A DNA stretch of 64,000 nucleotides from Lama glama (Eukaryota). Position 1 is the first letter of the stretch; each line of letters opens with the position of its first letter. The position numbers and the translations under genes are program-made. Below, one piece after another: positions 39,424-52,442 of this stretch. The DNA lies in assembly GCA_028534125.1 (NCBI GenBank), contig CM052816.1:86368001-86432000 (forward strand). The letters run 5' to 3'. Under the pieces are notes generated by a model that worked only from the letters and a program-made list of their open reading frames with translations, made no database searches and was not told the origin of the DNA.

Positions 39424-40770
39424 GTTAAGGTAGAGAAAATTGCAGCTGAAAAGTTAGAAGATTTGGACTTCACATTGTAAAAATTCCAGACCTAAATTTT
39501 GATTTGAACTTAGTTGTCTTAGAATCATGTCATATAGTCAAGGTGAAATAATTTCATTCCATCAGTACACTTGCTTCTTTTTCCCCCTGAGCCTTGCACA
39601 TTCTTTTCCCTGTTTATGACACGCTATGTACTTCTGACCCATTTTTCCAGTTCATGGAACATAATTCCATCCCATTGTGTTGCCATAACTCACTTATTTG
39701 CACACTTGTGCATATATGCACACACAACATGCACGCATGTGCACACACAGTGGCACCCAGTCTCCTCTTCCCTGTGTGTCAGCTGGGACATGGTATTCTC
39801 CAAAAAGATGTCCCGGACCCCCCATGTTTGGATGAGGTTCTCTTTCACCCAAACACACTGTTCACTCTTAAATGGTGTGAACATCTTGGGTCTCACCGAA
39901 ATCTGACAGCTTTCATATAGCAAAATGTAGGGCACAGAGACACTACTCCATAAGCATTGCCCAGAGAATAATTCTGAACCTCAGTAGCCCCAGCTATGGT
40001 ATGAAAATTCTAAACACACTCCATGGAGACATACGAAAACACACATACAAACAAACTACACATACAGACTAGTGATTTGTACCACTAGTTCATTGGGGAG
40101 CTCATTATAATATAGCTTATTACTGCCAAGTATTTATAAAACCAATACTATGCTTTAGAGTCTATACTTAAGCATTGATACCTTTAAAATTTTTAATAAG
40201 TAAATATTAGAAAATAAAGAAATAAACCTTGTATTCTCTTTTTAGTTCAGTTGAAGACTGTGATGAAAATACTACTTAGCACTGAGCCAAACATTAGGAA
40301 AAATGGTGACAAATTATAACCTAATCACTTTCTGCCCGCAGAAGATGAAATTTAGCTAACACGATGCTATTCCAGTTGTATGTTTTAGCTATAGACACAT
40401 AATTTTGGAGTTAATCCTTTTTATGTAATGAGTTTCCATGAAGAGATAACATAGGGTATCGACAAATGGGCTTTTCAGTATTGTGCAAATTCTGAAGCAT
40501 AATTAGAGTTAAAAAGTAGTGCTGATAAAATTTTCTGCTTCCTTTATTTAAGCCTGTCTTATAAACGCCACAGAGCTCTGTCTGATAATCACTGTGCTTA
40601 TCCTCATGCAATGACTATACTTTTAAGTATATTTTAATGGCCAATAATATATCTCCTTGTTTGCACCTTTGACTAATTTTCACAAATGAGTGTCATGTAT
40701 AGTTTTGCATTTGCAGGTGTAACAGCAGGAACACATTTTGCAACACCCAATTTAGTGTATATTTCACACA

Positions 40771-40870
40771 TCCGCACGGTAGAGCAAGCTAGTGTACAGT
40801 GTTTACGCACAATTAGCGCATGCGCAGGTCTTCATAGAAACAACTTTGAACGGAAATGACGTTTAACGGG
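40771..40870. promoter_or_regulatory. CpG-dense element with NRF1 and ETS/CRE-like motifs
   Basis: GCGCATGCGC at 40816-40825 (NRF1 palindrome), CGGAAATGACGT at 40851-40862, and 8 CpGs in about 96 bp within a CpG-depleted background. Confidence 0.45.
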
Positions 40871-42937
40871 TTCTTTCTTCCAGCTGCAGATTTTTTTTTC
40901 TTGATGGTCTACTACTAATGCAGTAAATGAGGAACTACACCCATCTTGGATAGGAATTCCTAATAAAACTCCCAAACTCTCTCTGTCTCTTCACTCATTG
41001 CTTTTCAGAACAGTTCAAGTCCTGGATCAAAGAAAATTGGGTACCAGATGGCTTTTATCCTAACATCTTTAACTTACCTTGAGAAGTTGCTTGCTACCGA
41101 TTTCCACGTAATGAAATAAATCCAACTGCAGCAGAACAAGACTTCCAGGAAGCAGCAGGTGTAATGTCACAGCTGTATTAGCACTGCTGACTCGATCGTG
41201 GATCAAGTTACTTCTGGGACTGTCACACTCGCTGCTGAAGTTCAAAACGGCTGCTGAGAGAGTAGCAAGAACTCTCGGGCACTTTTCTTTAGCCTATTAG
41301 CAGGAATCAGAAAATGACCACACCGCGCTATGTGTCTCACTCACCAATGCTTCTTACCCCTGCCATATGCTTTATCTACCCGCTGCCCAGAATTTATATG
41401 GGTTATATTTGGTTTTGCAAATTAACACGTTAGGATGTTAGCATGTAGCATGGCTGGAGAAGTGTATTACTGGTTTATGTGCAGGTCACATTCCTGGAGA
41501 ATACAATTAATTTCAAATGGTTTTGCTTGAAGGGGAATTTGAATCTGAGAGGAATAGCAAGGATCAGAGATTCTTGGAATTCAATCTGCATTGGTAAAAA
41601 TCCTAGCAATGTTAGATAACTTACCTGAGACTAGGAAACCTTCGCGTTGCATATTTCATTCGACCGTGATATATTGATTGCTTGTTTGACGAATGTCTTG
41701 TGTGAGTGCTGTGATGTTGTATAAATAGAATATAAGCATAAAGTGGTATAAATGGTCCTCCACCTGTTGTGCTTTTTTAGGGAAAGGAGCCAGGTTTCCT
41801 TCTCATTGAAATATTTCAGAAAAATGATAATGTTCAACCCAGTTCAAAATGTATTTACTGAACACTTTGTGCAATCCTATGTTAGTAACTTTGGAGGCAA
41901 GGCATAGAGCCTTGTTTTAAACTTACAGTCTAAACAGAGATACATATGCAAATGCATACTTAAAATAGAATGATAAATATTCAATGTAGAATTGAATATT
42001 TTCTATGACATTAGAGCACAGTAGGTAATGTGTAATGAACTCTTGGAAAATATGATCAAGCATATGGACTCATATTCTTCGAGTCCTTAGTGTAATGCTT
42101 TGATTCAATTATCTCACATAGCGCTTTATACAAGATGCATAAAATGGTATCAGCTGTATGAAAAGGAGGTCTTTAGTATGCACTGGCTCATTTTAATTGT
42201 ATAAACACATCTGAAAAATGTTCCTTTATTTCTCAATGTTGAAATTTCATTAGATTGTATTGGTGCTATGAAACTCTAAAAGGATTAAAATTGTTCATCC
42301 ATAGAGGCTTGGGTTTGGTCTCAATAATCTTTAGCATTTACTATTATGATTATAAATGGTAAAATTAAAGGGAAAAAAGCTGGTACATTAAGATTCTAAT
42401 TAACATAATCAACTGACTTGAAGAATGACTTATTTCTTTCATTAACCAAGGATGGATTGCAGCTTAATTGATTACCTGTTATTTGTGGAGATTTAATTAA
42501 TAATGAGAGGTGTCGACCTGCCTGCTATACTGTATTTTGTGATCTGCTTTTCTTGGCTTCCTATAGTAAAATTGACAGGCTATAGAGAAAATAATGATAG
42601 TGATAAGTATTTCAAAATAATAATGAAGACTCTGTGATTGCAGAAATAGAATAAGGTTCAAATGTTTTAAAAGGTATGAAAAAGGAAAACAGTTTGTAGC
42701 ATAAGAATATAATCACTGTAGTGTGTGCTGATTTGAATAAAACAGATTTTTCTAGTTTAAAAAAATGCAGAAAAAGATTGATTACTTAGAAAAAAATGTT
42801 CTAATCTTGCTACAATAGTCATCTTATATTTTATTTCCCCATCAGTGTACTAGGCAACATACCAGGGCTGTGAGGCAGTAAACAGGAAAAACGTCATAAA
42901 CCTACACTGAAGATGATTTTAAGTTTGGAAAGGTCTC

Positions 42938-43102
42938 CAGCTTTGCTATTCAAAGCATGTGGTCCAACTGAGCTGGCCTTACAGGGGAGCATATTAGAAA
43001 TACAAAATCTTGCACCCCACCCAAGACTTGCTGATTGAAAGCACAGATGTTTAATAAAAGCCCCAGGAGATCTGAATATACATTAAAGTTTGAGAAGCAC
43101 TG
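42938..43102 (+). mobile_element. MER5A-like hAT-Charlie MITE
   Basis: TCAAAGCATGTGGTCC...GGGAGCATATTAGAAATACAAAATCT...CCCCACCCAAGAC...CCCCAGGAGAT...ACATTAAAGTTTGAGAAGCACTG. Confidence 0.82.
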
Positions 43103-43579
43103 GAATTATGGGACTGCAGAAATGCTAAGAGGTGGTTTAGTGATTCTTAAACTTGATGTGATGTTCATATTAAATTATCTTTGAGGTTAAAAATAGGAAA
43201 TGTGGTTTTGCAAGAATTTCTTGAAAGTTAAATTTATTAACTGAAAGTGACATCATCAAAATTCATTATCTTTCAGCATTTTCATTTCAGGGGATAGTTT
43301 CACTGTGGTCTCAATCCCATTGATTCCTTCTGATTATAACTCTGTTTACAATTTCAAACAAGTACAGCCCCTTTATGTAATATTTTCATATTCTAAAATT
43401 TAGCTTTTGTTTTTCACCATAAACAATTCAACCTGTTCAGAAAGATTCTTTTACAACGATATTAATTGCCTAATTCAAGAAATGTTTACCACTACACCTA
43501 TATATACATAGCAACATGCTATTCACCAGTGAGAGAAGTTAAATAAAGTACAGTTACCTGGACATCTCACTGACACTTG

Positions 43580-43850
43580 TTAATGATCAGTCATTTTAGT
43601 TTTCATCTCTAATAATGAATGATGTTAAATATCTTCTCATGCATTTATTTTTTCCCTCTATCTTCGTAGGTAAACTCAAATATTTTCCCACCATTTTTAA
43701 ATTGGGTGTTGTGGTTTTTTTTTTTTGATGGTTGGATTTTGAGAATTCTTCATATATTCTAGATGCAAGTCTATCATCAGATATGATTTGCAATCTGTTA
43801 TCGTATATTCCCGCTCAGCTATGGTGTGTCTATTTCTTCTCTTAACAATA
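43580..43850 (-). mobile_element. L1 ORF2 3' fragment
   Basis: CATCTCTAATAATGAATGATGTT...TTTTGAGAATTCTTCATATATTCTAGATGCAAGTCTATCATCAGATATGATTTGCAA. The ORF track shows the L1-like SDDRLASRIYEEF. Confidence 0.8.
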
Positions 43851-44024
43851 TCCAAACTCTTCAAGTTATATACATTAAATATGTGCAGTTTTTTTATTTC
43901 AATCATACCTCAGTAAAATGGTTACAAAAAATAAAATGATACCATTAAAATATGTCAACTATAACAAAAGATGAGCAAGTTTTGATTACTGACATCTATG
44001 AAATATTATTGAAAAGAACTTAGT

Positions 44025-44670
44025 AATGGAAAGCCATACAGTGTTTCATAGGTCAAAAGAGACATTGTTACTATGCTGTCGGTTTTCTTCAAGTTTATTT
44101 AAAGATTCAATGCAATCTCAATCAAAATCCTTACAGGCCTTTTTTAATACATTGCAAGGTGGTTATAAAATTTAAATGTAAAATGCAAAAAGTTCTAAAA
44201 TAACCAAAAAATTTTTTAAAAGGAGACCAAAGTTGGAGGACAAACATTATCTGATTTCAAGACATAAATTATAGTCATCAGGACAGTGTGCTGTTGAAAT
44301 AAAGATGGGCAAATAGATGAATGTAATAGACTAGAGAGTCCATAAATATACAGGCACAAAATATATAGACAATTGATTTTTGACAAAGGTGCAAAGGCAG
44401 TTCAGTGGAGAAGGGATGAGCTTTTCAACAAATAGTGTTGGAGCAACTGGATATTCATAAGCAAAACATAGAACTTCAATCCAGATCTTGCTCCAATACA
44501 AAGCTTGATTCAAACTGGACTATAGACCTACTTACCTGTTAAGAATTAATCTATAAAGCTTCAAAAAGAGAACATGAGAAAATACTTTTGACCTTAAGTT
44601 AGGCAAAGATGTTTAGATGTGAGACCAAAAACCCAACCTATTAAAGAAATTTATAAATCAAAATTATCAC
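44025..44670 (+). mobile_element. L1 ORF2 fragment
   Basis: AGATTCAATGCAATCTCAATCAAAATCC...CAAAGTTGGAGGAC...TGATTTCAAGAC...TTGATTTTTGACAAAGGTGCAAAGGCAGTTCAGTGGAGAAGGGA...TTTTCAACAAATAGTG. Confidence 0.88.
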
Positions 44671-46059
44671 AATTAATTTTCTATTTTTTAATCTTATTGT
44701 TTGAAATGGTTTTATAAGATACTTATATAAAATCTGTTTTAAACATATTTTAATGATCTTAAATTAGTGTTAAAATTCATTCAATATCCTCCATTATTCT
44801 GGGACATAATAGCACTCAGGTGGACAAATATAATAAAACGTGTAAGTAAAATTAAATATTGTTGTTATTCTTCCTAATAATAGCAACTGTAACATCTAGG
44901 ATGCATGCTATGTTCGTTTAATGAAAAAGAAGAATGTAAAAACCTCTAAAGCAGACTAACAGTGTTACTATAATGAATTATTTTGTAAAAACTTTCCTTG
45001 CTAATACCAATAAATGATTTTAACAATTAAAAAATACATTTAACTGTAGACTCTTCAGGAAATTTACCATTAAACTATGGGAATTAGAACGAATGAAGAA
45101 GAAAAATCATTCCAAGCATGTGTGAAGATCCAATTATTTACTAATAACTTTTACCAATACGATCTCCACCTACTCCTTCACCAAAATATTAGTGCTTAAG
45201 CTCCTAAAATTATAGATAAGGTTATAATTGTATTGAAAATGATCACTAATATAGCATATAATTGCTGGCAAATATTTTTAAATTGAAAAAAAATAGAGAT
45301 GAAATGAGAATGGCTGTTGCTACATTAAGTTTTAAAACATTTATAGAAGAGAGCAGAAACCCTCAGTTATGCAGACTCTCTCCTAACCTTTAGGAACAGT
45401 GTAAGTTTCTGGAGAATGTCCTGATACATTTCAAAAGGCAAATATCATTTTGATAAGTGTTCCTTTTACATAGAATCCAATCAATTTGAGTTTCTGTAAA
45501 ATCATCCGTGCTTTGTGATGTAAAACCATTTTATGCACCAGATAATTTCTATATTCCAAGTATAGCGTTACCTGACAGATTTTAATACAGGCTACATCTG
45601 TCATGTTGAATGCTTCATGTGCCTTGGAGAACTCCACTGTCATTTAATACCCTCTAGGGAGGTACTGCTCACCATTAATCTTATTTCTAAAGCATTTTTG
45701 CATTAACCTTTAAATCATCCTAATAATAAAACAAACAAAAAGGTAAACAGACTGCTTAGAAATCCTTACGAATGAAAGCATAAATCTATGTGCTGGAGTA
45801 CTTAGCATGCGTTGTCACATTACAGAAGTAAAATTCAGTCCTTTTGGTCCCCCAACCACTTTTTATAATAAACATTTTATCATATCCTGAAATAAAATTC
45901 ATACCTAACAAAAAACAAACAAAAACTATAGAAAAATTTTAAATAAAAATATCCTAGCAATAATATAAATAAAAAACAAAAGTTATGATTTTAGAATATT
46001 ATTATTTGGGTGTAACTATATAGAGGAGGTAATGGTTCTCAGATGTTTGAGTCAATTTA

Positions 46060-46700
46060 CAGTTCATTGATTCATTCCTTCAAACTGGTTAATGAGCATC
46101 TACTCTGTGCAGGATTCTGTTCTAGTCACTGTGAAAACTAGCAAAAAAAGCAAAATTACCTTCTTTCATGGTATTATAGGGAGGAGAGTAAAGATGTACT
46201 CAATAAGTAAATAAAACATATGTAGTATATTCGGATATACAAAATTATTAGGGGAGATTTCAAGAAAGAACTGAAGGAAGCGGGGGACCTACCCACGTGG
46301 ATATCTATAGGGAAAAGCATTCCAGGTGGAGGGAAGAAGTAGAAAGGTCCTGGTTAAAAGGACACACATATGAAGTGTTTTGCAGACCGAAGCAAGAAGT
46401 ACACTTTGGCTGGAAAGAAGTCAATTTTGAGGAGCACCCTGGGGGATTTAATTTCAACATGAGAGAGGACCAGCAGTCGTGAAATTGACAACAGCATTGT
46501 AGGTCTTTGTGAGATGTTGGGTTTTAATCAAAGTGAGATGAGAAGCCATCAGAGTGTTTTAGGGAGAGAAGTGGCATGATCTGATTTGAATTTTAGCGGG
46601 ATTATCTGGGACATGTTGCTGAGAAAAAGTAATAGCAGGTAGTCGGGGGTCTGGGCGTCATGGAGTCCTAGACAGCGGCAAGGGGCCGATTAGAAGTGGA
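46060..46700 (-). mobile_element. L2 LINE fragment
   Basis: TTCATTGATTCATTCC...GAGCATCTACTCTGTGCAGG...AAAGCATTCCAGG...GTGAGATGAGAAGCCATCAGAG...GAGAAGTGGCATGATCTGATTT. Confidence 0.8.
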
Positions 46701-47403
46701 CACACTGTGCAATTGTATCAAAGGTGTAGTTGACAACGTGATTAAATCCTTCTGCACAATAGTGTAAGTTACATCATAGGCTGATTTACTATAGTAGTGA
46801 GTTTTTTCTACTCTAGGACCCTCCACAGACCAACCTAAAAGGGATGAAGGGAGAGGTCTTCGGCCAAAGACACTCAGATTTTTTGGTCTCGTTTTTGGCT
46901 TAACTTTTTACCTTTGAACAGGATTAAATTTGAAGAAACTGTGCTGCTGTTTAAAAACCATTTAAATATCATTGAATTGCATGACAAATGCATGTTTCCT
47001 GTAGTTTATTAAAATTACCATTTTGTTTTCAAAATTTATGTTAAATTAATCTGAAGAAGTTGACATGCAAAATTAACTATGTCTGTACTTTGTATAGAGG
47101 TCATAATTCTTGAAAACCAGTAAAGTGCCAAGACAAAAAAAAAAAGAAAAGCTTAATATGACCTTTCTTTAGAATTTGAAAGAAATTATTTATAATTATT
47201 TTTCTTAAATTGTAGACATGTTACTAGACAAGTAATGTTTCTAAAACTAAGTTATTTTATGTAAAAGAGGGAAAGTAAATATTTTGGTTTCTTTTATTAA
47301 TTAATCTTCAAGTTTACAGTGACTTTAATCTTTAACTTTAAAGTTACAGGTAACATTCGTAATGTTGTTAACTGACTTTTTTTATTTGTTTGTTTGTTTG
47401 AAG

Positions 47404-47528
47404 CTTTTGGAAACATGTCCAAAACATTGATGAAATGTTGGAAACCAGTTGAAACACAGTAAAATTCAACCCAATAAAATAGGACTGCTTTTTCTTCATC
47501 CACGCTGGGAATTGTCAAGAAGTGAACT
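47404..47528 (+). other. CDH10: 5'UTR portion of the CDH10 first coding exon, with splice acceptor
   Basis: Branch-like ACTGAC (47371-47376), then T-rich tract TTTTTTTATTTGTTTGTTTGTTTG, then AAG| (AG 47402-47403), 125 nt upstream of the ATG. This implies a separate upstream non-coding exon. Confidence 0.8.
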
Positions 47529-47759
47529 ATGACAATATATCAATTTTTGCTACTGTTTCTACTCTGGGTATGCCTGCCACATTTCTGTTCTCCAGAGATA
47601 ATGTTCAGAAGGACTCCTGTGCCCCAGAAAAGAATTTTAGGTGCACGCATACCTAGAAGTGATGGCAAAATTCTGCATCGTCAAAAACGTGGTTGGATGT
47701 GGAATCAGTTTTTCTTACTGGAGGAATATACAGGATCTGATTATCAATACGTAGGCAAG
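47529..47759 (+). CDS. CDH10: Cadherin-10 (type II classical cadherin), first coding exon; partial CDS, residues 1-77
   Basis: Translation [77 protein letters not shown] contains a hydrophobic signal peptide, a prodomain ending in RQKR (47679-47690) and a mature N-terminus [13 protein letters not shown] with the type II Trp2/Trp4. The ATG has A at -3. It ends at a canonical phase-0 donor AAG|GTAAGT (GT 47760-47761); the ORF-track tail VSLY is intronic. The sequence matches the CDH10 N-terminus as I recall it. Confidence 0.96.
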
Positions 47760-50700
47760 GTAAGTCTGTATTGAAATGGCTAATATTTACATTCTTTTTT
47801 TGTACATCTCAGTAAAGAAAATTTGAAGCTTGTCAACACTGCCATTCTTTCAAATTTGACTCTCTAAATATACCTAAAGCAAGTTTTGCTTATGGAATAC
47901 AAATTATAATTTGAAAAACTGTGTAATGTATATAACATGATAAATGTAAGAATTCATTGACTAGAATTAATTCTGCCTACTACCTCATGGGTTAAAGAGG
48001 TACTAAAAATTGCAGTTTCAGAATCTGTAGTTAGAAATCAATGATGGTGAGAAAATTATATGTCAATTTAGTCATTTAAAGTGATAATGCATGCATATAA
48101 TACACACACATATATGTATATTTGGCATTGCTGTCGACTTTTGTGAGGAAGGAAAGATATATTTAAAAATTGTTTAATATTCTATAGAATGAGAAAGCAA
48201 ATGTCATTAAAAATATGACCTAAGGCCAAACTAATGCTTATTTATAGGAAAACTTATTCCAGATATGAATGTTACTTATTTTTCTGGGTACATTTATATA
48301 AAGGAAAAATATACGGGAAGACAAGCAGGTAGGAGTTGTTTCCTTATTGCAATACGACGATATGAGGAGATTGCACGCTGTTGAGTTGTAAAAGTTAGTG
48401 AGGAAGTTGAGTTGTCATTGGGAGTGGAAGGAGAAATGTGACATAAGAGTAAGGATGACTACTTTTATACACTAGATTTTATTAATTTCCAGTTCTCTTT
48501 CTTGGCACTATCTGAATCTAATCAAAATTAGGTAATGTCTTAAGAAAATTCATTTAAATAGTCAGTGTCATTATTTTTACAGATAGTTTATGAAAATATG
48601 TCAAAGAAAAAAGAAAAGTTAAGCATACTCACCAAAGGGAAGCAGGTGTTCATTTATCAATGTTAACACTATAAAATTATGATAGATCCACTATTGCATT
48701 GGTGACTTTGACATCAACCTAAACTTTAATAGCTTCACTCACAAAATTAAAATTGTGCTTGAAGTTTTTGTCTTCTAAAAAGAACTGTTTTTGAAAAAAT
48801 ATATGTTCATTGATTTAAAAAAAAACACTTTGATATATTTTTTCATGTTCCAATTATTTCAGTCCTTTTAAATGTCTGGCACTATGAGAAAGATGACATT
48901 AAAGGTTAAATGTCATATTGACTAGAAGGAGAAGAAAAAGAAACAGCAACCTAAACAACTTTACCAGAAGGCACACGGTAGTGGACTTATTACAGGTGTC
49001 ATCTGACTGAAAGCCTGAAGTCAGACGTTAAGGGAAATTTTATGGTTGCTGCAAGAGCCAACTTTCAGCTTCTGAAACCAACCACATGAAATACATAACA
49101 GAAATCTGGACCATAGAAATATAAATAATTTCCTTGAGTTCTTCTTGGACATAGTGATTATTTGTTAACTTGCATACATTTTCCTTCATCTAGTCCTTAA
49201 TGAGGATTTAATTAATGTTAATAAATTGAATTATCATTACATTATGAACTCTTTTGATAGAGTCAAGCTACTTCTTATGTACTTTCTTCTCTCCCCAAAG
49301 AATATCAATAACTTGAAACCAAGAACATAACTTTGTATCTCTATTTCTAGCTCTTATAGTAGATTTTAAAATTCAGTGGATTAAATGAAGCTGAGTTGTA
49401 TTGAATTGAATTCTCAGAGTCATCTGATACCTCTTGGCTCCTTGGTAGGGAAAAATAATAATAAATATCACTATGGAATATTAAAGCTGGTAAATACTTA
49501 AGATATATGCTTTTTTTATATATAACATTTATTTTATTTTTCCTCACTCTGCTCTATGAAAGCAAACAAGAAAATTCTTTAATAAGGAAGGGCATAAAGA
49601 ATTTATGGAATATGTTCACCAGTTTCTTTCTGTAAGTATGTCCTGAACTACCAGATCAACAGAAATATATTAGATGCTGTAGCTCTGAGTTTACTTCTAG
49701 CATACAGAGCATCTATTTTTTAGCTTATATTTAAAGGTCATTTTGTATTTCTATCATTTCTTCATGTCAAGACCTATGAAACAGCTATCTTTAACTTTCC
49801 CTTGTTTATTGTACAGTATGTGTATTATTGGCTTATTATTAACTATTTATATTGCATTAATTATTTATGTAATTAAAGATCTTATTTTAGATGTAAACAT
49901 GTAGATTAGCATATGCAAAAAAGGCAATAGGCAATATAGAATATTTTTATAAACGTATATCATGATGCATCTAATTTAGGGCTAATATGTATTTTCTTTA
50001 TGAAATCTAAAAAATTTAAAATTCCCTAGATATTCTTTCCAACATGACTTATACTGAATTTATTACCTATTCATCCTTTCTTTCAGATACCTTACTCCCA
50101 GTTTTTACTTTCTTTAAAGTAGGCATGTGATACTGATGCTAAGTGACTCAGTGTCTCTAGGTTAGCTTAGATTCAGGAGTAACACATGTCCCAATTACTA
50201 GACATATGGGAAGACAGTGATAGACACTCCACTGTTGACGAAAATGCACTGGAAGCTCAGAATCAGGGCTGGTGGCTGAGGACCAGACTAGAAAGCACAT
50301 ACTTGAAGAGGGAGAACATTTTTAAATACCAGATAATTAGCCAACTAAACCCTACAAAGAATGGGTGTCATATAATTTCTCAGGTAAAAACCCATTACTG
50401 CTTAAAGGGATATGGCAAAGGGAAGAAAACCCTGATTTCTCATTGTGCTAAAGCAGAGGAAAGCTTAGGAAAAGCATAAAACTGCCGGTCAGAAGACCTA
50501 GGATGGAACCCTGTTTCCGCCACTATTTTTCTCTCAGTGGTTAAATCAATTAACTTCTCCTGGCCTTCATTTTCTCATCTATAGTATTGATCTTGTCAGT
50601 GGTTTTATATATTTACACATAGATACATATTTATATGTTTAATGTACATTATATATTTAAATTTTATTTATTTTAATATGATTACCTTATAAATGTGACA

Positions 50701-52241
50701 TATATGAACACTTAAAAACCCACTTTAAAAAAAAGAACAAGAAATAAAGAGAGAGAGAAAAAGAAAAAGAAAGTCAGTGGCTGAATTGCCACTGCCATGA
50801 CTATTATTAAGAAACCAGCTAAGCAGTGATGCACTCAAAGCATTTCTTTGTTCAGCTCCCAATGAACAAAAAACACTTTCCTCTAAATTATTCAACTAAA
50901 TATATTCCAAACCAAAATATATTTGGTGTAAATTCTTTTTTTCTTTTCAGTGAGATAATCACACTGAAGTATCCTATGCAGGATAATGCCTGCTACCTTT
51001 TCTTTACCTTCCAAAGCAAGGGATTTAAAACCTGAACTTCAAGTATGTACTTTTGTCCTATGATGCTTTCGAATCTCAGCCTTCTATAAACATTTTAAAA
51101 TTTCCCAGGGTAATATTTGAGAAACACTGTGATTGTAAACTATTTTTGTTAGTTTAATGTCTTTTTACATGTAGCTTATCACAAGTTCTCATTGCCTGAT
51201 TCAGTCACCCTAGATAATTTCTAGGATTCCAAATATTCAAACAAATAATGACATTAAACTAGATAGTCTTGAATTCACTTTTAGCTGTAACAAGCATATA
51301 GTTCTGAGTGAATTACTAATTTTATTTACTGTACAAACTTTGCTCTTTATATAATAATTATTCTCAAGTGGAGAAAAACATGTTAACAATAGGTTTTTAA
51401 TCAAAACCAGAGATTGAGAAAAATTCCAAAACATCAAAAAATTAATAACATAGTTGGTCAATGATAAACCTGATCAGCATAGTAAAATAATTAGCCATTC
51501 GAAGTAAAAACATATTAATAATTTTTAGAAAGTAATCAGGGCAACTGTGTCTATCTTCTTGATATAATGAAAACATAGTGTCCACAGTTATGAAAGAGAT
51601 TCTTGGGGCCACCAGGCCATTTAGACCTAGTGGTACCTCACTGATACCATTCTTCTCTAAATGCAGAATACATTTGTCACATATGTTCTTAAATTGGTGT
51701 TTGTAAATCTTGTTGAGTTCTCAGTTGTCTAGCATTCTTGAAAAACCGAAACCATGTTTAATTGTTTCTTAATTTTATATCCCTTTTCCTGAAGAAATGA
51801 TGGCTTCAAAGAGCTAGAGCAATAATGCTGCACTCTATTTTAGGAGAGTAAAAAGACCACAGGTATTTACTGTTCTTCTGTCCTCAGATGATAACCTAGT
51901 TCACTTTCTACCAAGAGATACATGGTTCCCTGTAGTCTGCCATGGCTTTGTCTTCCCATAGTTTATAACCCAATATAAACATCCTCCTTTCTGAGTAGCC
52001 AATGGAAACTTTCTCCCCAGAACCATCTGCTTTTATTTGCACAAGCATCTTTCTAGTCACTTGAATTTTCAGCATTTCAGTTCACTTTTAAGTATTTCAA
52101 TTTCTTCCTCTAACCTGTCCCACACTGAAAATGATGGAAGCCATGCATTTTGCTAGTTCATCTCAACTCTGAACCTTTAGTACTGCCTTATTTACCCACA
52201 TGTCCCCTCAATGGGCATGATGAGTTCAAAATACCCTACAT

Positions 52242-52442
52242 CAGTATTTCTAACTGGGGAGTTATTTTGTCATCCAGGGGAAGTTCATCCATGTTTGGAG
52301 ACATTTTTGGTTTTCACAACTGATTAGGGGAGATGCTACTGGCATCTAGTTGTCAAAGGCCAGGGATGCTGCTAAAATCCTACCATGCATAGGACAGACC
52401 CCCAGTCCTAAATGTCAATAGTGCTGAGACTGAGAAATCCTG
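52242..52442 (+). mobile_element. MER20 hAT-Charlie MITE
   Basis: CAGTATTTCTAACTGGGG...TGGAGACATTTTTGG...TGCTACTGGCATCTAGT...AGGCCAGGGATGCTGCTAAA...AAATGTCAATAGTGCTGAG...GAGAAATCCTG. Confidence 0.9.

Noticed and set aside
47760..47774. C-terminal VSLY* of the ORF-track CDH10 ORF as a truncated secreted isoform
   Set aside because: Simple read-through of a consensus GTAAGT donor; there is no evidence for intronic polyadenylation.
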